From Paragordius varius (Eukaryota > Animalia > Nematomorpha), in contig OZ176050.1 of the NCBI GenBank assembly GCA_964247055.1, positions 1,240,001 to 1,304,000 of the forward strand: a stretch of DNA of 64,000 nt. The letters run 5' to 3'. Positions 13,131-24,519 of this stretch are shown piece after piece. Each line of letters begins with the position of its first letter. Position 1 is the stretch's first letter. The position numbers and the translations under genes are program-made. Under the pieces are notes generated by a model. The model searched no databases. It saw only the letters and a program-made list of their open reading frames with translations, and was not told where the DNA came from.

Positions 13131-16100
13131 TTGACAAACTCTTTCATATCCGATTTTTACAACGATACTTTAAAAAAATGTATTAAACTAATCGCATCAA
13201 TACTCAAGTTAAACTTTGTCCTTAAAAATCGGATATTGGTCACCGGTGAACAAAATTATTTTTTATACATTCTCTTAGTAAGACTACATGAAAATATAGA
13301 GATAGTTTGACAAATCCATTCATATCCGATTTTTACAACGATACTTTAAAAATTATTAAAACTAGTCGCATCAATAATCAAGTTAAACTTTGTCCTTAAA
13401 AATCGAATATACCGGTGAACAAAATTATTTTTTATACATTCTCTTAGTAGGACTACATCAAAATATAGAGATAGTTTGACAAACTCTTTCATATCCGATT
13501 TTTACAACGATACTTTGAAAATTAATGTATTAAACTAGTGGCATCAATACTCAAGCTAAACATTGTCCTTAAAAATCGGATATTGGTCACCGGTGACCAA
13601 AACTATTTTTTATACATTCTCTTAGTAAGACTACATCAATATATAGAAATAGTTTGACAAACTCTTTCATATCCGATTTTTACAACGATACTTTAAAAAT
13701 TATTAAAACTAGTCGTATCAATACTCAAGTTAAACTTTGCCCTTAAAAATCGAATATACCGGTGAACAAAATTATTTTATATACATTCTCTTAGTAAGAC
13801 TACATCAAAATATAGAGATAGTTTGACAAACTCTTTCATATCCGATTTTTACAACGATATTTAAAAATTAATGTATATAACTAGTCCTATCAATAAATCG
13901 CATCAATACTCAAGTTAAACTTTGTCCTTAAAAATCGGATATTGGTCAACGGTGAACAAAATTATTTTTTATACATTCTCTTAGTAAGACTACATCAAAA
14001 TATAGAGATAGTTTGACAAACTCTTTCATATCCGATTTTTACAACGATACTTTAAAAATAAATGTATTAAACTAGTCGCATCAATACTCAAGCTAAACAT
14101 TGTCCTTAAAAATCGGATATTGGTCACCGGTGACCAAAACTATTTTTTATACATTCTCTTAGTAAGACTACATCAATATATAGAAATAGTTTGACAAACT
14201 CTTTCATATCCGATTTTTACAACGATACTTTAAAAATTAGTCGTATCAATACTCAAGTTAAACTTTGCCCTTAAAAATCGAATATACCGGTGAACAAAAT
14301 TATTTTATATACATTCTCTTAGTAAGACTACATCAAAATATAGAGATAGTTTGACAAACTCTTTCATATCCGATTTTTACAACGATATTTAAAAATTAAT
14401 GTATATAACTAGTCGTATCAATAAATCGCATCAATACTCAAGTTAAACTTTGTCCTTAATAATCGGATATTGGTCACCGGTGAAGAAAATTATTTCTTAT
14501 ACATTCTCTTAGTAAGACTACATCAAAATATAGAGATAGTTTGACAAACTCTTTCATATCCGATTTTTACAACGATACTTTAAAAAAATGTATTAAACTA
14601 ATCGCATCAATACTCAAGTTAAACTTTGTCCTTAAAAATCGGATATTGGTCACCGGTGAACAAAATTATTTTTTATACATTCTCTTAGTAAGACTACATG
14701 AAAATATAGAGATAGTTTGACAAATCCATTCATATCCGATTTTTACAACGATACTTTAAAAATTATTAAAACTAGTCGCATCAATAATCAAGTTAAACTT
14801 TGTCCTTAAAAATCGAATATACCGGTGAACAAAATTATTTTTTATACATTCTCTTAGTAGGACTACATCAAAATATAGAGATAGTTTGACAAACTCTTTC
14901 ATATCCGATTTTTACAACGATACTTTAAAAATTAATGTATTAAACTAGTCGCATCAATACTCAAGCTAAACATTGTCCTTAAAAATCGGATATTGGTCAC
15001 CGGTGACCAAAACTATTTTTTATACATTCTCTTAGTAAGACTACATCAATATATAGAAATAGTTTGACAAACTCTTTCATATCCGATTTTTACAACGATA
15101 CTTTAAAAATTATTAAAACTAGTCGTATCAATACTCAAGTTAAACTTTGCCCTTAAAAATCGAATATACCGGTGAACAAAATTATTTTATATACATTCTC
15201 TTAGTAAGACTACATCAAAATATAGAGATAGTTTGACAAACTCTTTCATATCCGATTTTTACAACGATATTTAAAAATTAATGTATATAACTAGTCGTAT
15301 CAATAAATCGCATCAATACTCAAGTTAAACTTTGTCCTTAAAAATCGGATATTGGTCACCGGTGAACAAAATTATTTTTTATACATTCTCTTAGTAGGAC
15401 TACATCAAAATATAGAGATAGTATGGCAAACTTTTTCATAATCGATTTTTACAACGATACTTTAAAAATTAATGTATAAAACTAGTTGCATCAATACTCA
15501 AGTTAAACTTTGTCCTTAAAAATCGGATATTGGTCACCGGTGAAGAAAATTATTTCTTATACATTCTCTTAGTAAGACTACATCAAAATATAGAGATAGT
15601 TTGACAAACTCTTTCATATCCGATTTTTACAACGATACTTTAAAAAAATGTATTAAACTAATCGCATCAATACTCAAGTTAAACTTTGTCATTAAAAATC
15701 GGATATTGGTCACCGGTGAACAAAATTATTTTTTATACATTCTCTTAGTAAGACTACATGAAAATATAGAGATAGTTTGACAAATCCATTCATATCCGAT
15801 TTTTACAACGATACTTTAAAAATTATTAAAACTAGTCGCATCAATAATCAAGTTAAACTTTGTCCTTAAAAATCGGATATTGGTCACCGGTGACCAAAAC
15901 TATTTTTTATACATTCTCTTAGTAAGACTACATCAATATATAGAAATAGTTTGACAAACTCTTTCATATCCGATTTTTACAACGATACTTTAAAAATTAT
16001 TAAAACTAGTCGTATCAATACTCAAGTTAAACTTTGCCCTTAAAAATCGAATATACCGGTGAACAAAATTATTTTATATACATTCTCTTAGTAAGACTAC

Positions 16101-19100
16101 ATCAAAATATAGAGATAGTTTGACAAACTCTTTCATATCCGATTTTTACAACGATATTTAAAAATTAATGTATATAACTAGTCGTATCAATAAATCGCAT
16201 CAATACTCAAGTTAAACTTTGTCCTTAAAAATCGGATATTGGTCAACGGTGAACAAAATTATTTTTTATACATTCTCTTAGTAAGACTACATCAAAATAT
16301 AGAGATAGTTTGACAAACACTTTCATATCCGATTTTTTCAACGATACTTTAAAAATAAATGTATTAAACTAGTCGCATCAATACTCAAGCTAAACATTGT
16401 CCTTAAAAATCGGATATTGGTCACCGGTGACCAAAACTATTTTTTATACATTCTCTTAGTAAGACTACATCAATATATAGAAATAGTTTGACAAACTCTT
16501 TCATATCCGATTTTTACAACGATACTTTAAAAATTATTAAAACTAGTCGTATCAATACTCAAGTTAAACTTTGCCCTTAAAAATCGAATATACCGGTGAA
16601 CAAAATTATTTTATATACATTCTCTTAGTAAGACTACATCAAAATATAGAGATAGTTTGACAAACTCTTTCATATCCGATTTTTACAACGATATTTAAAA
16701 ATTAATGTATATAACTAGTCGTATCAATAAATCGCATCAATACTCAAGTTAAACTTTGTCCTTAAAAATCGGATATTGGTCACCGGTGCACAAAATTATT
16801 TTTTATACATTCTCTTAGTAAGACTACATCAAAATATAGTAGTTTGATGAACTCTTTCATATCCGATTTTTACAACGATACTATTAAAATTAATGTATTA
16901 AACTAGTCGCATCAATACTCAAGCTAAACATTGTCCTTAAAAATCGGATATTGGTCACCGGTGAACAAAACTATTTTTTATACATTCTCTTAGTAAGACT
17001 ACATCAAAATATAGAGATAGTTTGACAAACTCTTTCATATCCGATTTTTACAACGATACTTTAAAAATTAATGTATTAAACTAGTCGCATCAATACTCAA
17101 GTTAAACTTTGTCCTTAAAAATCGGATATTGGTCACCGGTGAACAAAATTATTTTTTATACATTCTCTTAGTAAGACTACATCGAAATATAGAGATAGTT
17201 TGACAAACTTTTTCATATCCGATTTTTACAACGATACTTTAAAAATTATGGTATTAAACCAGTCGCATCAATACTCAAGTTAAACTTTGTCCTTAAAAAT
17301 CGGATATTGGTCACCGGTGAACAAAATTATTTTATATACATTCTCTTAGTAAGACTACATCAAAATATAGAGATAGTTTGACAAACTCTTTCATATCCGA
17401 TTTTTACAACGATACTTTAAAAATTAATGTATAAAACTAGTCGCATCAATACTCAAGCTAAACATTGTCCTTAAAAATCATATATTGGTCACCAGTGAAC
17501 AAAACTATTTTTTATACATTCTCTTAGTAAGACTACATCAAAATATAGAGATAGTTTGACAAACTCTTTCATATCCGATTTTTACAACGATACTTTAAAA
17601 ATTAATGTATAAAACTAGTCGCATCAATACTCATGTTAAACTTTGTCCTTAAAAATCGGATATTGGTCACCGGTGAACAAAATTATTTTATATACATTCT
17701 CTTAGTAAGACTACATCAAAATATAGAGATAGTTTGACAAACTCTTTCATATCCGATTTTTACAACGATATTTAAAAATTAATGTATAAAACTAGTCGTA
17801 TCAATAAATCGCATCAATACTCAAGTTAAACTTTGTCCTTAAAAATCGGATATTGGTCACCGGTGAAGAAAATTATTTCTTATACATTCTCTTAGTAAGA
17901 CTACATCAAAATATAGAGATAGTTTGACAAACTCTTTCATATCCGATTTTTACAACGATACTTTAAAAAAATGTATTAAACTAATCGCATCAATACTCAA
18001 GTTAAACTTTGTCCTTAAAAATCGGATATTGGTCACCGGTGAACAAAATTATTTTTTATACATTCTCTTAGTAAGACTACATGAAAATATAGAGATAGTT
18101 TGACAAATTCATTCATATCCGATTTTTACAACGATACTTTAAAAATTATTAAAACTAGTCGCATCAATAATCAAGTTAAACTTTGTCCTTAAAAATCGAA
18201 TATACCGGTGAACAAAATTATTTTTTATACATTCTCTTAGTAGGACTACATCAAAATATAGAGATAGTTTGACAAACTCTTTCATATCCGATTTTTACAA
18301 CGATATTTTAAAAATTAATGTATTAAACTAGTCGCATCAATACTCAAGCTAAACATTGTCCTTAAAAATCGGATATTGGTCACCGGTGACCAAAACTATT
18401 TTTTATACATTCTCTTAGTAAGACTACATCAAAATATAGAGATAGTTTGACAAACTCTTTCATATCCGATTTTTACAACGATACTTTAAAAATAAATGTA
18501 TTAAACTAGTCGCATCAATACTCAAGCTAAACATTGTCCTTAAAAATCGGATATTGGTCACCGGTGACCAAAACTATTTTTTATACATTCTCTTAGTAAG
18601 ACTACATCAATATATAGAAATAGTTTGACAAACTCTTTCATATCCGATTTTTACAACGATACTTTAAAAATTATTAAAACTAGTCGTATCAATACTCAAG
18701 TTAAACTTTGCCCTTAAAAATCGAATATACCGGTGAACAAAATTATTTTATATACATTCTCTTAGTAACACTACATCAAAATATAGAGATAGTTTGACAA
18801 ACTCTTTCATATCCGATTTTTACAACGATATTTAAAAATTAATGTATATAACTAGTCGTATCAATAAATCGCATCAATACTCAAGTTAAACTTTGTCCTT
18901 AAAAATCGGATATTGGTCAACGGTGAACAAAATTATTTTTTATACATTCTCTTAGTAGGACTACATCAGAATATAGAGATAGTATGGCAAACTTTTTCAT
19001 AATCGATTTTTACAACGATACTTTAAAAATTAATGTATAAAACTAGTTGCATCAATACTCAAGTTAAACTTTGTCCTTAAAAATCGGATATTGGTCACCG

Positions 19101-19350
19101 GTGAACAAAATTTTTTTTATACATTCTCTTAGTAAGACTACATCAAAATATAGTAGTTTGATGAACTCTTTCATATCCGATTTTTACAACGATACTTTTA
19201 AAATTAATGTATTAAACTAGTCGCATCAATACTCAAGCTAAACATTGTCCTTAAAAATCGGATATTGGTCACCGGTGAACAAAACTATTTTTTATACATT
19301 CTCTTAGTAAGACTACATCAAAATATAGAGATAGTTTGACAAACTCTTTC

Positions 19351-19443
19351 ATATCCGATTTTTACAACGATACTTTAAAAATTAATGTATTAAACTAGTC
19401 GCATCAATACTCAAGTTAAACTTTGTCCTTAAAAATCGGATAT
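19351..19443. repeat. Perfect 14-bp inverted repeat inside the monomer (atatccgattttta at monomer pos 59-72, taaaaatcggatat at pos 138-151; 65-bp spacer)
   Basis: 19351-19364 is the exact reverse complement of 19430-19443. The same pair occurs at 59-72 and 138-151 in the first monomer. Confidence 0.97.
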
Positions 19444-19463
19444 TGGTCACCGGTGAACAAAAT
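19440..19463. repeat. 24-bp quasi-palindrome atattggtcacc|ggtgaacaaaat (monomer pos 148-171) with perfect 10-bp core tcaccggtga and two mismatched pairs (g154/a165, a150/a169)
   Basis: Pairing outward from the c159|g160 centre gives 10 of 12 Watson-Crick pairs. Confidence 0.95.
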
Positions 19464-19749
19464 TATTTTTTATACATTCTCTTAGTAAGACTACATCAAA
19501 ATATAGAGATAGTTTGACAAACTCTTTCATATCCGATTTTTACAACGATACTTTAAAAATTATGGTATTAAACCAGTCGCATCAATACTCAAGTTAAACT
19601 TTGTCCTTAAAAATCGGATATTGGTCACAGGTGAACAAAATTTTTTTTTATACATTCTCTTAGTAAGACTACATCAAAATATAGAGATAGTTTGACAAAC
19701 TCTTTCATATCCGATTTTTACAACGATACTTTAAAAATTAATGTATTAA

Positions 19750-22470
19750 ACTAGTCGCATCAATACTCAAGCTAAACATTGTCCTTAAAAATCGGATATT
19801 GGTCACCGGTGACCAAAACTATTTTTTATACATTCTCTTAGTAAGACTCAATATATAGAAATAGTTTGACAAACTCTTTCATATCCGATTTTTACAACGA
19901 TACTTTAAAAATTATTAAAACTAGTCGTATCAATACTCAAGTTAAAGTTTGCCCTTAAAAATCGAATATACCGGTGAACAAAATTATTTTATATACATTC
20001 TCTTAGTAAGACTACATCAAAATATAGAGATAGTTTGACAAACTCTTTCATATCCGATTTTTACAACGATATTTAAAAATTAATGTATATAACTAGTCGT
20101 ATCAATAAATCGCATCAATACTCAAGTTAAACTTTGTCCTTAAAAATCGGATATTGGTCACCGGTGAACAAAATTATTTTTTATACATTCTCTTAGTAAG
20201 ACTACATCAAAATATAGAGATAGTTTGACAAACTCTTTCATATCCGATTTTTACAACGATACTTTAAAAATTATGGTATTAAACCAGTCGCATCAATACT
20301 CAAGTTAAACTTTGTCCTTAAAAATCGGATATTGTTCACCGGTGAACAAAATTATATTTTATACATTCTCTTAGTAAGACTACATCAAAATATAGAGATA
20401 GTTTGACAAACTCTTTCATATCCGATTTTTACAACGATACTTTAAAAATTATGGTATTAAACTAGTCGCATCAATACTCAAGTTAAACTTTGTCCTTAAA
20501 AATCGGATATTGGTCACCGGTGAACAAAATTATTTTTTATACATTCTCTTAGTAAGACTACATCAAAATATAGAGATAGTTTGACAAACTCTTTCATATC
20601 CGATTTTTACAACGATACTTTAAAAATTATGGTATTAAACTAGTCGCATCAATACTCAAGTTAAACTTTGTCCTTAAAAATCGGATATTGGTCACCGGTG
20701 AACAAAATTATTTTTTATACATTCTCTTAGCAAGACTACATCAAAATATAGAGATAGTTTGACAAACTCTTTCATATCCGATTTTTACAACGATACTTTA
20801 AAAATTAATGTATTAAACTAGTCGCATCAATACTCAAGTTAAACTTTGTCCTTAAAAATCGGATATTGGTCACCGGTGAACAAAATTATTTTTTATACAT
20901 TCTCTTAGCAAGACTACATCAAAATATAGAGATAGTTTGACAAACTCTTTCATATCCGATTTTTACAACGATACTTTAAAAATAAATGTATTAAACTAGT
21001 CGCATCAATACTCAAGCTAAACATTGTCCTTAAAAATCGGATATTGGTCACCGGTGAACAAACTATTTTTTATACATTCTCTTAGTAAGACTACATCAAA
21101 ATATAGAGATAGTTTGACAAACTCTTTCACATCCGATTTTTACAACGATACTTTAAAAATTAATGTATAAAACTAGTCGTATCAATAAATCGCATCAATA
21201 CTCAAGTTAAACTTTGTCCTTAAAAATCGGATATTGGTCACCGGTGAACAAAATTATTTTTTATACATTCTCTTAGTAGGACTACATCAAAATATAGAGA
21301 TAGTTTGGCAAACTCTTTCATATCCGATTTTTACAACGATACTTTAAAAATCAATGTATAAAACTAGTCGCATCAATACTCAAGTTAAACTTTGTCCTTA
21401 AAAATCGGATATTGGTCACCGGTGAACAAAATTATTTTTTATACATTCTCTTAGTAGGACTACATCAAAATATAGAGATAGTTTGGCAAACTGTTTCATA
21501 ACCGATTTTTACAACGATACTTTAAAAATTAATGTATTAAACTAGTCGCATCAATACTCAAGTTAAACTTTGTCCTTAAAAATCGGATATTGGTCACCGG
21601 TAAACAAAATTATTTTTTATACATTCTCTTAGCAAGACTACAGCAAAATATAGAGATAGTTTGACAAACTCTTTCATATCCGATTTTTACAACGATACTT
21701 TAAAAATTAATGTATAAAACTAGTCGTATCAATACTCAAGCTAAACATTGTCCTTAAAAATCGGATATTGGTCACCGGTGACCAAAACTATTTTTTATAC
21801 ATTCTCTTAGTAAGACTCAATATATAGAAATAGTTTGACAAACTCTTTCATATCCGATTTTTACAACGATACTTTAAAAATTATTAAAACTAGTCGTATC
21901 AATACTCAAGTTAAAGTTTGCCCTTAAAAATCGAATATACCGGTGAACAAAATTATTTTATATACATTCTCTTAGTAAGACTACATCAAAATATAGAGAT
22001 AGTTTGACAAACTCTTTCATATCCGATTTTTACAACGATATTTAAAAATTAATGTATATAACTAGTCGTATCAATAAATCGCATCAATACTCAAGTTAAA
22101 CTTTGTCCTTAAAAATCGGATATTGGTCACCGGTGAACAAAATTATTTTTTATACATTCTCTTAGTAAGACTACATCAAAATATAGAGATAGTTTGACAA
22201 ACTCTTTCATATCCGATTTTTACAACGATACTTTAAAAATTATGGTATTAAACCAGTCGCATCAATACTCAAGTTAAACTTTGTCCTTAAAAATCGGATA
22301 TTGTTCACCGGTGAACAAAATTATTTTTTATACATTCTCTTAGTAAGACTACATCAAAATATAGAGATAGTTTGACAAACTCTTTCATATCCGATTTTTA
22401 CAACGATACTTTAAAAATTATGGTATTAAACTAGTCGCATCAATACTCAAGTTAAACTTTGCCCTTAAAA
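19750..22470 (+). repeat. Partial duplication (~4 monomers) at 1969-bp offset (~19750-20500 and ~21720-22470)
   Basis: agactcaatatatag at 19849/21818 and ttgttcacc at 20334/22303 are both offset by 1969. Confidence 0.85.
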
Positions 22471-24519
22471 ATCGGATATTGGTCACCGGTGAACAAAATT
22501 ATTTTTTATACATTCTCTTAGTAAGACTACATCAAAATATAGAGATAGTTTGACAAACTCTTTCATATCCGATTTTTACAACGATACTTTAAAAATTAAT
22601 GTATTAAACTAGTCGCATCAATACTCAAGTTAAACTTTGTCCTTAAAAATCGGATATTGGTCACCGGTGAACAAAATTATTTTTTATGCATTCTCTTAGT
22701 AGGACTACATCAAAACATAGAGATAGTTTGGCAAACTCTTTCATATCCGATTTTTACAACGATACTTTAAAAAATAATGTTTAAAACTAGTCGTATCAAT
22801 AAGTCGCATCAATACTCAAGTTAAACTTTGTCCTTAAAAATCGGATATTGGTCACCGGTGAACAAAATTATTTTTTTTACATTCTCTTAGCAAGACTACA
22901 GCAAAATATAGATATAGTTTGACAAACTCTTTCATATCCGATTTTTACAACGATACTTTAAAACTTAATGTATAAAACTAGTCGCATCAATACTCAAGTT
23001 AAACTTTGTCCTTAAAAATCGGATATTGGTCACCGGTGAACAAAATTATTTTTTATACATTCTCTTAGTAGGACTACATCAAAATATAGAGATAGTTTGG
23101 CAAACTGTTTCATAACCGATTTTTACAACGATACTTTAAAAATTAATGTATTAAACTAGTCGCATCAATACTCAAGTTAAACTTTGTCCTTAAAAATCGG
23201 ATATTGGTCACCGGTAAACAAAATTATTTTTTATACATTCTCTTAGCAAGACTACAGCAAAATATAGAGATAGTTTGACAAACTCTTTCATATCCGATTT
23301 TTACAACGATACTTTAAAAATTAATGTATAAAACTAGTCGTATCCATAAATCGCATCAATACTCAAGTTAAACTTTGTCCTTAAAAATCGGATATTGGTC
23401 ACCGGTGAACAAAATTATTTTTAATACATTCTCTTAGTAGGACTACATCAAAATATAGAGATAGTTTGGCAAACTCTTTCATATCCGATTTTTACAACGA
23501 TACTTTAAAAATTAATGTATAAAACTAATCGCATCAATACTCAAGTTAAACTTTGTCCTTAAAAATCGGATATTGGTCACCGGTGAACAAAATTATTTTT
23601 TATACATTCTCTTAGCAGGACTACATCAAAATATAGAGATAGTTTGGCAAACTCTTTCATATCCGATTTTTACAACGATACTTTAAAAATTAATGTATAA
23701 AACTGGTCGCATCACTCAAGTTAAACTTTGTCCTTAAAAATCGGATATTGGTCCCCGGTGAACAAAATAATTTTTTATACATTCTCTTAGTAAGACTACA
23801 TCAAAATATAGAGATAGTTTGACAAACTCTTTCATATCCGATTTTTACAACGATACTCTAAAAATTAATGTATTAAACTAGTCGCATCAATACTCAAGTT
23901 AAACTTTATCCTTAAAAATCAGATATTGGTCACCGGTGAACAAAATAATTTTTTATACATTCTCTTAGTAAGACTACATATAAAAATATAGAGATAGTTT
24001 GACAAACTCTTTCATATCCGATTTTTAATTGATACTATAAAAATTAATGTATAAAACTAGGCGTATCAATAAAATGCATCAATACTCAAGTTAAACTTTG
24101 TCCTTAAAAATCGGATATTGGTCACCGGTGAACATTATTATTTTTTATACATTCTCTTAGTAGGACTACATCAAAATATAGAGATAGTTTGGCAAACTGT
24201 TTCATATCCGATTTTTACAACGATACTTTAAATATTAATGTAAAAAACTAGTCGCATCAATACTCAAGTTAAACTTTGTCCTTAAAAATCGAATATTGGT
24301 CACCGGTGAACAAAATTATTTTTTATACATTCTCTTAGTAAGACTACATCAAAATATAGAAATAGTTTGACAAACTCTTTCATATCCGATTTTTACAACG
24401 ATACTTTAAAAATTAATGTATTAAACTAGTCGCATCAATACTCAAGCTAAACATTGTCCTTAAAAATCGGATATTGGTCACCGGTGAACAAAACTATTTT
24501 TTATACATTCTCTTAGTAA

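Larger units (their letters stand above)
19293..19470 (+). repeat. Reference 178-bp monomer identical to my consensus: tatacattctcttagtaagactacatcaaaatatagagatagtttgacaaactctttcatatccgatttttacaacgatactttaaaaattaatgtattaaactagtcgcatcaatactcaagttaaactttgtccttaaaaatcggatattggtcaccggtgaacaaaattattttt
   Basis: Read directly. It has 29 C and 20 G in 178 bp (27.5% GC) and 5 CpG. It carries SpeI (actagt), AgeI (accggt), BstEII (ggtcacc) and DraI (tttaaa) sites. Position 99 is commonly t or a across the array. Confidence 0.95.
13075..20150 (+). repeat. Mosaic HOR domain with variable periods (1410 bp 8-mer, 1060 bp 6-mer, ~2320 bp 13-mer)
   Basis: The lead marker gaagaaaattatttctt is at 13075, 14485, 15545 and 17868. 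Shared private variants are cgaatataccggtg (5-bp deletion), aaaaattattaaaac (4-bp deletion), caaatccattc, ggtgacc, catcaatatatagaaat, ctttgccc and gtatataact. Confidence 0.82.

Noticed and set aside
19436-19454. CENP-B box-like motif (tcg...ccgg)
   Set aside because: It lacks the TTCG and CGGG cores. The CpG-to-CpG spacing is 12 nt rather than the 7 nt of the canonical 17-bp box.
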